Notes: generated by a model from the sequence alone, not told the origin. Counted from the first letter of the stretch, positions 1-9,919 are shown. The stretch is DNA of 64,000 nt from Candidatus Parcubacteria bacterium (GCA_021731405.1 JAKFXN010000002.1:3151-67150); one strand, 5' to 3'. Numbers and translations are program-made.

Positions 1-236
1 TACTCAACAATCAAAATAGGGGCGTTTGGATTTCCTTTAATGTAGTCATTTTCGTCAACTGGTTTTATATTTGCTTGTACAACAGGGGCATTTTCTCCAC
101 CGGTAGTAGGTGGAAGAGTTGCGGTAGTGCTGCCGCCAATACCGCTAAAATAAATTGCTGCGGCAATAAGCCCAAACCCAAAAACAATAGCTAATGGGAC
201 AGCAAGGGGTGATGATTGTGTAGGTGTAGGTTCCAT
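1..236 (-). CDS. DsbA-like thiol:disulfide oxidoreductase with N-terminal membrane anchor (N-terminal part only; ORF is open at the window start)
   Basis: Minus-strand ATG at 234-236. Hand translation gives MEPTPTQSSPLAVPLAIVFGFGLIAAAIYF (TM anchor) ... IKPVDENDYIKGNPNAPILIVEY, the typical lead-in to the DsbA-family CxxC site. No stop before coordinate 1. Absent from the ORF track because it is edge-truncated. Confidence 0.5.
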   Translation of the reverse strand, partial: MEPTPTQSSPLAVPLAIVFGFGLIAAAIYFSGIGGSTTATLPPTTGGENAPVVQANIKPVDENDYIKGNPNAPILIVE

Positions 237-306
237 AAAATTACATTGATTACTATACAGAGCAGTATATCACGACGTATCTTTGGGGTGATATACTATT
301 CACTAT

Positions 307-1116
307 ATGGATATACTGACAGCCGTTATCTTGGGTGTACTACAAGGAATAACAGAATTTGTACCAATTTCTTCCAGCGCACACCTCCTACTTACTCGAG
401 ATTTACTTGCGGTTGACACCACTAATTCTTTGGCCTTCTATGCCATTTTACACGTCGCCACCACAGCGGCCATCATTATCTATTTCTGGAGCGATATCTG
501 GGTGCTCATACAAACTGCTATACGGAAGCTAGGTAGGTTGCCAGTCAATCAAAAAGATTTAGTGCTCCTCTACGCACTTATGGGCGGTACGATACCGGCA
601 GTGATCATAGGTCTTTTGTTTCAAGACATCATTACTGGCTATTTCCACGCCCCACTCTCGATAGCTTTTATGCTTTTTATCAGCTCATTCTTCTTTATGT
701 ATGCTGAGTGGCGCTATTATAAAAATCCCCCGCACGGCGTACTTTCTGTCAGACAGGGTTTTTGGGTAGGTTGTTTCCAAGCTCTTGCCCTATTGCCCGG
801 TTTTTCTCGTTCTGGGTCAGCACTCGCCGGCGGTATGCTTTTAGGACTATCACGAGTAGAGGCTGCCCGCTTTTCTTTTTTACTGGCGATACCAATTACG
901 CTAGGGGTAGGGATGAAGATGCTTCTGGAGCTCATCATTACTGGTGGCAGTGTTTCTTGGGTAGGAATAGGAATAGGCTCTCTTGTGAGTTTTGTCACAG
1001 CACTCTTTGTGATTCGTTTCTTTCTTGGCTTTATTCGTAAATATACCCTGTGGCCGTTTATTTGGTACAAGCTGGTTTTGGCGCTTTTGGTGGCGTATGT
1101 CGCCCTCTATGTGTAG
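307..1116 (+). CDS. uppP: undecaprenyl-diphosphatase
   Basis: GITEFVPISSSAHL motif, PGFSRSGS motif, polytopic membrane protein of about 270 aa. Confidence 0.9.
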   Translation: MDILTAVILGVLQGITEFVPISSSAHLLLTRDLLAVDTTNSLAFYAILHVATTAAIIIYFWSDIWVLIQTAIRKLGRLPVNQKDLVLLYALMGGTIPAVIIGLLFQDIITGYFHAPLSIAFMLFISSFFFMYAEWRYYKNPPHGVLSVRQGFWVGCFQALALLPGFSRSGSALAGGMLLGLSRVEAARFSFLLAIPITLGVGMKMLLELIITGGSVSWVGIGIGSLVSFVTALFVIRFFLGFIRKYTLWPFIWYKLVLALLVAYVALYV

Positions 1117-1692
1117 CTAGAACAGCAGAGAATGTGTCATGGCACTCTCTTCTTTGATACCCCAGGTACTGATATCAAGCGGAATCTCACGCTTACGTGA
1201 GCCATCCTTAAATTTTACATGTCCGTGTTCTAGAGCATAGTCAAAAACCTTTTTAGTTATTTTGACGTCTTGTTCACAGTATTTTTTAATTTCATCAATT
1301 TTTCCTTCACGCCACCACCTCACTGCTTGCAAGCCGTGGCCAGATTTTTTTGCGCCGACCGTCGCTTCAGCCACACTATCAAGGCGGAGCCGTCTTCCTA
1401 ACGACTTTCTAATTTCTTCCAAGATATCAATACTTTTTATATGAGTTAAATCACCTGGGTAATATTTGTTTAAAAGTGGTATATCAAAGTGATTGCTGTT
1501 ATATCCCACCAGCGCATCTGCTTTTTCTAAAATTGGCCAAACGGTTGAAAGCTCATCAACAGTAACTGTGGTGTATACCTTTGTTTCGCTATCGTAAAAA
1601 GTACCAACAGAAATATCTAAAGCAGCTGGGTCAGAGCTCCCAACATCTTGAAATATGTTTTGTGTTTCTAAATCAAATATTACGTATCGCAT
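1117..1692 (-). CDS. 3'-5' exonuclease, DEDD(y) / RNase H-like superfamily
   Basis: Exo motifs FDLET (I), YNSNHFDIPLL (II), YCEQDV (III). Its start overlaps the hisS stop by 1 nt (TAATG), suggesting translational coupling. Confidence 0.7.
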   Translation of the reverse strand: MRYVIFDLETQNIFQDVGSSDPAALDISVGTFYDSETKVYTTVTVDELSTVWPILEKADALVGYNSNHFDIPLLNKYYPGDLTHIKSIDILEEIRKSLGRRLRLDSVAEATVGAKKSGHGLQAVRWWREGKIDEIKKYCEQDVKITKKVFDYALEHGHVKFKDGSRKREIPLDISTWGIKEESAMTHSLLF

Positions 1693-2969
1693 TATAGGGT
1701 GTTCTTTATGAGGAGAGTGAGTAGATTTTCCAGAGTATCTGATTCTTCGCTCATGTGTATGAGGTTTTTGAGTATAAAAGTTCCGCTTTGTAGTTCGTCG
1801 GTACCAACCACAATCGTATATACAACACCTCGTTCAGCTGCATCAGCGATTTTTTTACCAATTTTCTTTGTGCTTATATCAACACAAGCTGAGATGTCGC
1901 GCGTGCGTATATAGTGGGCGATTTTCTGTGCTTCTAAATTTAGTTTGGTATCAGTAGGGACGATAACTATTTTTGGAGCAGTTGTGGAGATGGTGGTCGG
2001 AAGGAGTTTGTGGGTTTCAAGAAAGTCGCGCATGGTGACGTCTCCCATGCCAAACCCAATACCAGTCACGGGCTCGTCACTAAACATTGAAGTTAGATTG
2101 TCATATCTTCCTCCGCCCAGCATAGAGCGATTGTTTTCACCTGATATATCAAAAATCTCAAAGATGGTACCGGTGTAATAATCAAAGCCACGTGCCAGTG
2201 TTCGGTCAATATGCGCGTTAGTAATACCAAGCTCAGATAGTCCTTTTATAATCTCATTTTCAGACACATTTTCTTTACTTGTTACTAGAGTGAATACTTT
2301 TTGGACGAGCTCAGCATCTGCCAAAATTGCCGTGAGCAAAGTCTGATATTCCTCAACTGGTATCTTATGAAAACGGTCGTTTAGACGGGTAATCTTATTT
2401 TGTATCTCTGCCTCTTTGATACCAATAGATTCGTAGAGGGCTTGCATGTCACGACGGTGATTGATACGTATCTCAAACATATCTGGAGTGGCACCAAAAT
2501 CCAAAAGCACTTGGTGAGCAAGAGCAATAATTTCAACGTCGGCGGTATAATCGTCGGCCCCAAAAATGTCGCAGTTGAGTTGCCAGTGTTCACGTAGACG
2601 TCCCCGCTGCGGTCGTTCGTATCGGAACAAGTTTGGGATTGAGTACCAGCGAAGCGGGAAGCGTAGTTCGCGACGTTTACCTGCTACCATCCGGGCAACA
2701 GTAGGAGTCATTTCTGGCCTCAAGGTCACCTCACGTTCGCCGCGGTCGATAAAGGTGTAAGTCTGTTCATTCACCATCTCTTCATTTACCGCTCCCTTAC
2801 TCTTATATAAATCAGATGGTTCAAGTATAGAGGCGTCGTAGCGCTCATAGCCAAAAGATTCAGCGGTCTTAGCCCACATATCAAAAATATAGCGTTGTAC
2901 AGCCATGTCTTCTGGATAGAAATCACGCACTCCTTTATAGGCGTCAGTTGAGAGGTTTCCTTTACTCAT
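1692..2969 (-). CDS. hisS: histidyl-tRNA synthetase
   Basis: Class II aaRS motifs. Typical HisS N-terminus GVRDFYPED and MTPTVARM...FRYERPQRGRLREHWQLN. Confidence 0.95.
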   Translation of the reverse strand: MSKGNLSTDAYKGVRDFYPEDMAVQRYIFDMWAKTAESFGYERYDASILEPSDLYKSKGAVNEEMVNEQTYTFIDRGEREVTLRPEMTPTVARMVAGKRRELRFPLRWYSIPNLFRYERPQRGRLREHWQLNCDIFGADDYTADVEIIALAHQVLLDFGATPDMFEIRINHRRDMQALYESIGIKEAEIQNKITRLNDRFHKIPVEEYQTLLTAILADAELVQKVFTLVTSKENVSENEIIKGLSELGITNAHIDRTLARGFDYYTGTIFEIFDISGENNRSMLGGGRYDNLTSMFSDEPVTGIGFGMGDVTMRDFLETHKLLPTTISTTAPKIVIVPTDTKLNLEAQKIAHYIRTRDISACVDISTKKIGKKIADAAERGVVYTIVVGTDELQSGTFILKNLIHMSEESDTLENLLTLLIKNTL

Positions 2970-3006
2970 AAAATGATTGTAGTGTAGCGCCTAGCTTCGT
3001 GCAAGC

Positions 3007-3576
3007 CTAATCAAGAACAACGTTATTTACAGTCCCTGAAAGAGTTTGTAGTCGAGCATCGGTGGCTTTCTGGATAGTTGATTGTAGACCACGTGGGTCT
3101 GGTAGGCCATTACTCATGAAGTTACTCTCAGCATCACTGGCAGTTTGAGCGAGGATAGTACCAAAATTAAGAAACGTCGGAATAATTCCGTTGACAGATA
3201 CTTTTATGTCTTGCAGCCGTTCTAGTCTAAAGCTACTTACTTTGCGGTTAAAAAAATGAATTTGATCAACCACAATAATTCTTCGGTCAGTAATAATCCA
3301 AAGGTCCAAATAATAGTGAGTCCACGTCATAAAGGCCGTTAAGATGCAAAAAAGTACCCACGCAGCAGCGGCAAAGGTAGCAAGCGAAGAGTAGTCAGTT
3401 AATTTAAAGCTTATTGGAATAAGTGTTGAAAGTATGGTGAACGATGACAACAGAATAATCGGTAACAGTATCAGCATAAGTATCCCCAAGAGCTCCGCTG
3501 TAATGATAAACCAATGTTTACGCACTACTGTTAGGACAGCCTCACTTGCTTCAAGTTCTATCTTTTCAAATAACAT
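3007..3576 (-). CDS. membrane protein with bacterial PH (YdbT/bPH_2-like) domain
   Basis: Two TM helices followed by YLDLWIITDRRIIVVDQ...FRLERLQDIKV, typical of bPH-domain membrane proteins. Confidence 0.55.
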   Translation of the reverse strand: MLFEKIELEASEAVLTVVRKHWFIITAELLGILMLILLPIILLSSFTILSTLIPISFKLTDYSSLATFAAAAWVLFCILTAFMTWTHYYLDLWIITDRRIIVVDQIHFFNRKVSSFRLERLQDIKVSVNGIIPTFLNFGTILAQTASDAESNFMSNGLPDPRGLQSTIQKATDARLQTLSGTVNNVVLD

Positions 3577-3579
3577 AGG

Positions 3580-3807
3580 CTAGATATTAAATGCGGTATA
3601 GAATAAAACGCTCATAAGAGGTAGGGTGATGGCCAGATATAGGGTGTACGTCAGGGCGCTTACTTTTGTGTTTGAACTATAGGCACTCCAGTGATAATAC
3701 AAAATTGCTGTGAAAATAATGTAGACCGTCGCAATTAAGTAAAAACTAAGTGGCACTAGTGTACCGAAGGGTATTGAGAGACTACTAAGCGCAAGACTGG
3801 GTTCCAT
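3580..3807 (-). CDS. small hydrophobic membrane protein, hypothetical
   Basis: 75-aa ORF with two predicted TM helices, packed between the bPH gene and prmC. Confidence 0.35.
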   Translation of the reverse strand: MEPSLALSSLSIPFGTLVPLSFYLIATVYIIFTAILYYHWSAYSSNTKVSALTYTLYLAITLPLMSVLFYTAFNI

Positions 3808-3815
3808 AGGTGCTA

Positions 3816-4571
3816 TTATTGTAGCACTAGTTTTGAAAAGCGCTCTTGGCCATACTGGTCTTTTAGGGTGGTAACTATAAAGTGCTTGCTACCCAACTTT
3901 TGTATTTCTGCTGATTGCTCTGGTTCGTGTTCTATATATAAGAGACCTTCGGGCGCAAGATGCTCGGGTGCTTCTTTGATAATTTTATTGATTATCTCCA
4001 TTCCAGCAATTCCACCATAGAGAGCAATTTCGGGCTCGTGTGCTTTAACCCCATCTTCCGTTCTATCAAGTGCAGGGTCGATGTAGGGAGGGTTTGTGAC
4101 AATTACATCAAAGTGGGGAAGTATGGCAGTCGTTTTAAACAAATCTCCAGATAATATCGTGACACGTTCGCGAACAATGCCGTTTTCTACGCAGTTACGA
4201 GCAATAGTGGGTAGGTGTGAGCTTTCAAGTTCAATAAAGTGAACCGTACTCAAGGGGAGCGATTTGGCTATAGCTACACCAATAGCACCGCTGCCGGCAC
4301 ATAGATCTAGTATGTTGGGTTCAGTATTAGTTTGAAGTTCTTTCAACTCATTTATTACTTGATTAGTCCAAAACTCTGTTTCGGTGCGGGGAATCAATGG
4401 ACGGGAATCAAGGTAGATTGTTGTATCTAAGAAGGGGGTATGGCCAATTAGGTAGGCAAGTGGTACACCAGCTTCTAGCTTCGCGAGATCGGTCAAAAAA
4501 GCTTCGCTTTTTTGACCGTGATACTTTTCTGCCAGTAGCCAGGCTGCTTCTTGACTATTCATGTTTGTCAT
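3816..4571 (-). CDS. prmC: release factor glutamine N5-methyltransferase
   Basis: LDLCAGSGAIG SAM-binding motif and NPPY catalytic motif. Confidence 0.85.
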   Translation of the reverse strand: MTNMNSQEAAWLLAEKYHGQKSEAFLTDLAKLEAGVPLAYLIGHTPFLDTTIYLDSRPLIPRTETEFWTNQVINELKELQTNTEPNILDLCAGSGAIGVAIAKSLPLSTVHFIELESSHLPTIARNCVENGIVRERVTILSGDLFKTTAILPHFDVIVTNPPYIDPALDRTEDGVKAHEPEIALYGGIAGMEIINKIIKEAPEHLAPEGLLYIEHEPEQSAEIQKLGSKHFIVTTLKDQYGQERFSKLVLQ

Positions 4572-4623
4572 TGTACTATATTAGTCGGCATTTGTACAAT
4601 GTATAACCAAACAGGAGTTAGTT

Positions 4624-4968
4624 GTGGCGCAGCAAAAACTTTTTTCATCTGAAATTAAAGCAAAGTTGGCAGGACATACTGCCAACTACAAATTCAACCG
4701 CGAACGAGCCAAGGGCTTGACTGTCTTCAGTCTCCAAGCAGCTGAGGCTGAGTGGAATATGCTCGACCTTTTTCTTGGGGCGGCAGAGAAAGTTGAAACC
4801 TCCGAGCATTTGGCTGAAATTTGCGATCGTCTCCAAAAGAATCTGGAAGAGCCGATTCCGCTTTCGGGCGGACAGCTCGACGAAAAGAAAGCTGGGCTCG
4901 TGCAGTGGCTCAAAAAACGAAGAGCCAAAGCGAGCGCAACCACAAAACGCCTTCGCAAACTCGACTGA
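4624..4968 (+). CDS. hypothetical protein (GTG start)
   Basis: 114-aa ORF of natural composition, followed immediately by a strong rho-independent terminator. The overlapping minus-strand ORF 4645..5031 reads as junk and contains that terminator. Confidence 0.5.
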   Translation: MAQQKLFSSEIKAKLAGHTANYKFNRERAKGLTVFSLQAAEAEWNMLDLFLGAAEKVETSEHLAEICDRLQKNLEEPIPLSGGQLDEKKAGLVQWLKKRRAKASATTKRLRKLD

Positions 4969-4984
4969 CCTGTGCAGTTTGCAA

Positions 4985-5010
4985 AAGCCCTCCACTCGAG
5001 GGCTTTTTTT
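4985..5010 (+). terminator. rho-independent terminator
   Basis: GCCCTC-cactc-GAGGGC hairpin followed by TTTTTTT. Confidence 0.7.
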
Positions 5011-5328
5011 AAGTAGAAATAAGAAGCGCAAAGCGCGACTATATTTTACTTATACAGACACAACATCAGTTTCGACCCCACAGGGAGAAAATGATGTATG
5101 TGGGCTGCAAAGCAGAAACAATGAGCCGCAGGCGACTATATTTGCTTGACCTAATTTTTAAATAGTGGAGCGACTATAAAAATGTAAGGTGAATTGCGGA
5201 GCAAGAGAAGATACTCTGGGGTAGAAATAATCTTGTGGTAGGCTCCGCAGGGAGAATCTGGCTGCAGCGATCTGTTGCTCACACCTGAGACACTATTTGT
5301 TCAGTAAGTTTGTTACACTTACTACAGT

Positions 5329-6357
5329 ATGAAAAAGAACACCAAGTTATATGAAATAGTTGCAGCCTTAATGGCACCAGGTAAAGGAATTTTAGCAGCT
5401 GATGAAAGTGACGCTACTGCTGGTAAACGTTTGTCGATGGTACATCTTCCAAACGAACCAGAAAATCGACAGGATTTTCGAGAGTTACTTTTTGCTGCTC
5501 CAGGAACTGAAGAGTATCTCTCAGGTGTTATCATGTATGACTCCTCAATCAAGAATTTTACAGACGACGGCACTCCGTTCCCAGACGTTTTAACCGCTAA
5601 AGGAATTGTACCGGGTATTAAAGTTGACCTCGGTACCGTTGATTTGCATGGATTTAAGGGTGAAGTGGTTAGTCAGGGCCTTGATAACCTTGAGGAGCGA
5701 TTTAAAGAATATTATGACCTTGGTGCTCGTTTTGCTAAATGGCGCGCGGTTATTACTATTGATGACGAGGAGCTTCCGACAGATGCTGCTATTACGATGA
5801 ATTGTATTATCCTTGCTCGCTATGCACAGCTTGCGCAGGCAGCTGGTATTGTTCCAATGGTAGAGCCTGAAGTTATTTATGCTGGTGACCACACCCTGCA
5901 AAAAGCAGAGATGGTAACTACGCGAACACTACAAATTTTGTTTCAGACACTCATGACCTACAAAGTGGATCTTGAAGGACTTATCTTGAAGTCTTCAATG
6001 GTTCTCGCAGGGGATATGTGCAGTGAACAATCAACTCCAGAGCAAATTGCCAACGCCACCATGCGAACCTTCCACATGTCGGTTCCACACGAGGTTGGTG
6101 GAATTGTATTTCTTTCAGGTGGACAAACGCCAAAGCGCTCAACTGAAAACCTCAATGCAATGGCTAAGCTCGGTGCTCAACCGTGGCCAATTACTTTTTC
6201 TTTCTCGCGCGCAATTGAAGAACCTGTCCTTATGGCATGGCAAGGTAAGCCAGAAAATATTCCTGAAGCACAAAAAGTATTGCTTCATGTTTGCAAGATG
6301 AACAGTCTCGCTACGCAAGGAAAGTATGACTCAGCTGCGGACGCTATCTTAAAATAA
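5329..6357 (+). CDS. fba: fructose-bisphosphate aldolase, class I (eukaryotic-type)
   Basis: APGKGILAADESDATAGKRL signature of class I FBA. About 340 aa. Confidence 0.9.
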   Translation: MKKNTKLYEIVAALMAPGKGILAADESDATAGKRLSMVHLPNEPENRQDFRELLFAAPGTEEYLSGVIMYDSSIKNFTDDGTPFPDVLTAKGIVPGIKVDLGTVDLHGFKGEVVSQGLDNLEERFKEYYDLGARFAKWRAVITIDDEELPTDAAITMNCIILARYAQLAQAAGIVPMVEPEVIYAGDHTLQKAEMVTTRTLQILFQTLMTYKVDLEGLILKSSMVLAGDMCSEQSTPEQIANATMRTFHMSVPHEVGGIVFLSGGQTPKRSTENLNAMAKLGAQPWPITFSFSRAIEEPVLMAWQGKPENIPEAQKVLLHVCKMNSLATQGKYDSAADAILK

Positions 6358-6361
6358 AAAT

Positions 6362-6393
6362 AAACCCCTTCCATACGGAAGGGGTTTATTTTT
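6362..6393 (+). terminator. rho-independent terminator after fba
   Basis: AACCCCTTCC-atacg-GAAGGGGTT hairpin followed by a T-run. Confidence 0.7.
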
Positions 6394-6414
6394 GCTAGGA
6401 ACTCGCAAAAGAAA

Positions 6415-6446
6415 TAATAAAATCCCTCCAACTGGAGGGATTTTTA
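6415..6446. terminator. bidirectional terminator between convergent fba and rpmG
   Basis: AATCCCTCC-aact-GGAGGGATT hairpin flanked by an A-run (left) and a T-run (right). Confidence 0.65.
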
Positions 6447-6573
6447 TAATGTGGAATGCTGGGTTCGCTAGCGTTATGACCCCTACTAAGCTGCGAGACT
6501 GTGAGCTCCAGCGATTTGCCTTTGGAGGACAAATCGGGAGCGAAGTAAACAAAAAGCCCTGGCGGGCTAATGT

Positions 6574-6753
6574 TTACTTCTTCTGCTTGTAGACTGTGTG
6601 AGTCTTAGAAACTGGGTTAAATTTCTTGGTCTCGTACTTCTTACTTGGGTCTTTTTTAACCTTGTTATTGAAGCGAGTATAGTAGGTGTGGCCTTTGCCC
6701 ACGCCCTTTTTGTCGCCTACGCTAACGAGTTTTATGAGTAAATCTTGTGACAT
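6574..6753 (-). CDS. rpmG: 50S ribosomal protein L33 (cysteine-less variant)
   Basis: Hand-translated 59-aa minus-strand ORF MSQDLLIKLVSVGDKKGVGKGHTYYTRFNNKVKKDPSKKYETKKFNPVSKTHTVYKQKK. The C-terminal ...KKFNPVSKTHTVYKQ resembles the L33 ...KKFCPxCxKHTLHKE region with Cys replaced. It is below the ORF-track length cutoff. A hairpin with a T-run follows on the minus strand around 6540-6562. Confidence 0.55.
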   Translation of the reverse strand: MSQDLLIKLVSVGDKKGVGKGHTYYTRFNNKVKKDPSKKYETKKFNPVSKTHTVYKQKK

Positions 6754-6909
6754 AGTGGTGCGATTCTAGCAAAAAAACAGATTTTAGTCAATTTTAGGAT
6801 TTGCCAAAGGTCGATAAGCACAGTTTTCAGATAGTCTTTTGGCGGCAGACTTTAGGTCTGTGTTATCATGAGTTTATCTACAAAAATGTGAGTAGTATTT
6901 GTTTTTGTA

Positions 6910-8145
6910 GTGATTTTATACATGAAAGTACTCACTTTTAGCTGGGACTTTCCACCAACACGAAACGGTGGCCTTGGAGTAGCGTGTTTTGGCTTAACAC
7001 GAGAATTATCCCACAATGGTGTGGAAGTTATTTTTGTACTACCTAAGCGACAGGAGGTTGTAGGTAACGCTCGTTTTGTTTTTGCTGACTCTGCGCGCAG
7101 TGTAAAAGTGCGAGAAATAAGCTCATCTTTAAAGGCGTACCAGGCAACAGACAGCTTGGTCCATTACATTGAATCTTTTGATGCTGAAGGACGACCAGTC
7201 ATTAAATCAAGAACAATTGTTGAAGAAGTGCATCGATTTGCGCACCAGGCTTCTCTCATCGCCCAGGAAGAAACGTTTGATATTATCCACGCTCATGACT
7301 GGACCTCGTACCTCGCTGGTGTAGCTGCAAAAGTTGCCAGTGGTAAACCACTCATTCTCCATGTTCATGCTACTTCATTTGATCAGGCAGCAAGCCAAAA
7401 TGTTGATCCTGGAATTTTTCATATCGAAAGTGAGGGGTTTGCTGCTGCAGACAAGATTGTTACGGTTAGTCAGTTTACAAAAAATATTTTAGTAGAAAAG
7501 CATGGCGTTAACCCTGCAAAGATTGAAGTTGTGCACAATGGCTGCGATACGTTTGAGCCACAGAGGCATGATCCTACTTTAGCTGGACTTAAGGCTCAAG
7601 GTAAAAAAGTAGTTTTATACCATGGCCGGATCACCATCCAAAAAGGAGTTGACTATTTTGTGCGTGCAGCTAGGCGCGTAGTTGATATAGATAGTAACGT
7701 AGTGTTTGTCATTTCTGGATGGGGAGATATGACCAATCAAATAATTCAACAGGTCGGCGCAATGGGCCTCTCCAGCCACGTCATCTTTGCTGGGGCTCTC
7801 TGGGAAGAAGAGCGTGACCGTATGTATCAAAGTGCAGATTTGGTGGTGATGCCATCAGTGTCTGAGCCGTTTGGTCTGGTGCCACTTGAGGCATTGCAGC
7901 ATGGTACTGCTTCTATCATTACCCATCAGTCTGGTGTTGGTGAAGTGTTGACTCATGTCCTCAAAGTAGATTTCTGGGATGTGGATGAGATGGCAAATAA
8001 GATTCTTTCAGCGTTACGCTATCCAGTGTTACGCCAGCAAATTGTTTTGGAAGGGAAGCGCGAGCTCCATAAAATGTCGTGGAAAGAGGCGGCGGTAAAA
8101 ATGGTTCGTCTATATCGTAATCTGCTACAATACATCACATCATAG
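6910..8145 (+). CDS. GT-B glycosyltransferase, glycogen/alpha-glucan synthase-like (GT4/GT5)
   Basis: N-terminal MKVLTFSWDFPPTRNGGLG, as in glycogen-synthase-type GT-B enzymes. C-terminal EPFGLVPLEALQHG. The real start is probably the ATG at 6922. Confidence 0.8.
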   Translation: MILYMKVLTFSWDFPPTRNGGLGVACFGLTRELSHNGVEVIFVLPKRQEVVGNARFVFADSARSVKVREISSSLKAYQATDSLVHYIESFDAEGRPVIKSRTIVEEVHRFAHQASLIAQEETFDIIHAHDWTSYLAGVAAKVASGKPLILHVHATSFDQAASQNVDPGIFHIESEGFAAADKIVTVSQFTKNILVEKHGVNPAKIEVVHNGCDTFEPQRHDPTLAGLKAQGKKVVLYHGRITIQKGVDYFVRAARRVVDIDSNVVFVISGWGDMTNQIIQQVGAMGLSSHVIFAGALWEEERDRMYQSADLVVMPSVSEPFGLVPLEALQHGTASIITHQSGVGEVLTHVLKVDFWDVDEMANKILSALRYPVLRQQIVLEGKRELHKMSWKEAAVKMVRLYRNLLQYITS

Positions 8146-8147
8146 GT

Positions 8148-9536
8148 ATGCTTAGTGTCTGTCCGTATTTTCATGTCCATCAGCCGTATCGCATTAAGCA
8201 GTATCGTGTTTTTGATATTGGTAATGATAACGAATATTTTAATGACGGCAGTGAGACTGATCTCAACAATCGGCGCATAGTAGAAAAGGTAGCCAACAAG
8301 TCATACCGACCCACCAATGCTATTCTGCAGGAGCTTCTTGACACCCACCCTGATTTTAAATTTGCGCTCTCATTTTCTGGCACGGTTCTTGATCAGTTTG
8401 AAGCGTATGCGCCAGATGTACTAGAGTCTTTCCAAAAATTAGTTTCAAGCGGACGAGTGGAAATTTTGGCTGACACCTATCACCATTCACTCGCTTTTTT
8501 CTACTCTGTACCAGAGTTTGAACGCCAAGTGCTTCAGCATAAAAAGCGCGTCAAACAGCTGTTTGGTGTTACTCCGAAGGTGTTTCGAAATACTGAGCTT
8601 TCGTATCGGAACGATCTTGCAAAGTGGTGCGAGGATAATGGATACATCGGCATTATGGCAGAAGGTTGGGAAAAATATCTTGGTTGGCGAAGTCCAAACT
8701 TTTTGTATCAACCGCCAGGCTGTAGCAAAATTAAGGTTCTGTTAAAAAACTACAAATTGTCAGACGACGTCGCGTTTCGGTTTAGTAATCAAGGCTGGGC
8801 AAGTTGGCCACTTTCAGCTGAAACATACACAGACTGGATTCATTCTCATCACGGTGGTGCGGAGACCATAAATCTTTTTATGGACTACGAAACCTTTGGT
8901 GAACACCAATGGGAAGATACTGGTATTTTTAACTTTTTGCGTGCACTGCCACACATGCTTACGAGTCGAAGTGATACTACGTTTAAAACTCCGTCTGAGA
9001 CAGTAGCAAGCTACAACTCAGTCGGAGAAATAGACGTCCCAGATATTTTGACATGGGCTGACACCGACCGAGACCTGACTGCTTGGACCGGAAACGACAT
9101 TCAGCGTGATGCCATAAAAGCTATCTATGGTATGGAAGAAAAAGTGTTAGCGACAAAAGATAAGTCTTTGATTGAGACTTGGCGCAAGTTACAGACGTCT
9201 GATCATTTTTATTATATGTGTACGAAGTGGTCAGAGGACGGAGATGTGCATGCCTACTTCAGTCCGTACAAATCCCCATATGATGCATATATCGCTTTTA
9301 TGAATGCCTTAAGTGATTTACAATTAAGAGTAAGTCACGCTCTCGTAAAAGAAGAGGAGCGCGCGAAAAAACAAGCAGAAAAAATTAAACAAAAGCTTGT
9401 AGTGCTCGAGGAGACGGAGCTGCCAAGGGCAGAAAAAATTGAACCCCAAGGCACGCTAGGAGAAAGAGTCAAAGAATGGGGCAGAGGGTTGTGGAAGCGT
9501 TTTAGTTCCTTAATAGTTCTTGTAAAAGAGAAATAG
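8148..9536 (+). CDS. glycoside hydrolase family 57 (alpha-amylase / branching-enzyme-like)
   Basis: N-terminal FHVHQPYR signature of GH57. Starts 3 nt after the GT gene. Confidence 0.85.
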   Translation: MLSVCPYFHVHQPYRIKQYRVFDIGNDNEYFNDGSETDLNNRRIVEKVANKSYRPTNAILQELLDTHPDFKFALSFSGTVLDQFEAYAPDVLESFQKLVSSGRVEILADTYHHSLAFFYSVPEFERQVLQHKKRVKQLFGVTPKVFRNTELSYRNDLAKWCEDNGYIGIMAEGWEKYLGWRSPNFLYQPPGCSKIKVLLKNYKLSDDVAFRFSNQGWASWPLSAETYTDWIHSHHGGAETINLFMDYETFGEHQWEDTGIFNFLRALPHMLTSRSDTTFKTPSETVASYNSVGEIDVPDILTWADTDRDLTAWTGNDIQRDAIKAIYGMEEKVLATKDKSLIETWRKLQTSDHFYYMCTKWSEDGDVHAYFSPYKSPYDAYIAFMNALSDLQLRVSHALVKEEERAKKQAEKIKQKLVVLEETELPRAEKIEPQGTLGERVKEWGRGLWKRFSSLIVLVKEK

Positions 9537-9553
9537 TTCATAAGTTCATTTAT

Positions 9554-9916
9554 ATGCAAAAAAAAGTAACAGCAACGCCAAAAAAAGCAGCTGCAAAAAA
9601 GGCAGTCTCTAAAAAAAATCCCACTGAGGCAAAGAAAAAGTCTGGAAAGAAGACTCTGCTTATTGCAAATAATCAGCAATCGTTTTGGGTTAATAACGGT
9701 CAGATTCTAAACAGTTTGTTGGCTCTTGAGACAGCGCTCCAGGTGATGACTAAAGATACTTTTTCATACCATGTCGCCAAAGACAGGAATGACTTTGCTC
9801 AGTGGGTGGAATATGTCCTTGTGGATGCAGCCTGCGCCGCTGATTTGCGTAAGGCTAAGACTCCAAGTGCAGCTAAGACGGTAGTTGTAAAGCACCTAAA
9901 GACCTACCAGCTCTAA
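9554..9916 (+). CDS. hypothetical protein, Lys/Ala-rich N-terminus plus conserved C-terminal domain
   Basis: Histone-H1-like KKAAAKKAVSKK tail followed by a globular region FWVNNGQILNSLLALETALQVMTKDTFSYHV. Sits inside the glucan cluster. Confidence 0.45.
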   Translation: MQKKVTATPKKAAAKKAVSKKNPTEAKKKSGKKTLLIANNQQSFWVNNGQILNSLLALETALQVMTKDTFSYHVAKDRNDFAQWVEYVLVDAACAADLRKAKTPSAAKTVVVKHLKTYQL

Positions 9917-9919
9917 TAC

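Noticed and set aside
216-416. 66-aa ORF overlapping the uppP start
   Set aside because: It lies in the divergent promoter region between the dsbA-like gene and uppP and overlaps uppP out of frame.
4645-5031. 128-aa minus-strand ORF overlapping the 4624..4968 plus ORF
   Set aside because: It contains the strong plus-strand terminator hairpin and has poor composition. The plus-strand ORF is preferred.
6349-6592. Short ORFs 6349..6552 (-) and 6392..6592 (+)
   Set aside because: They span two terminator hairpins between convergent fba and rpmG, so they are intergenic.
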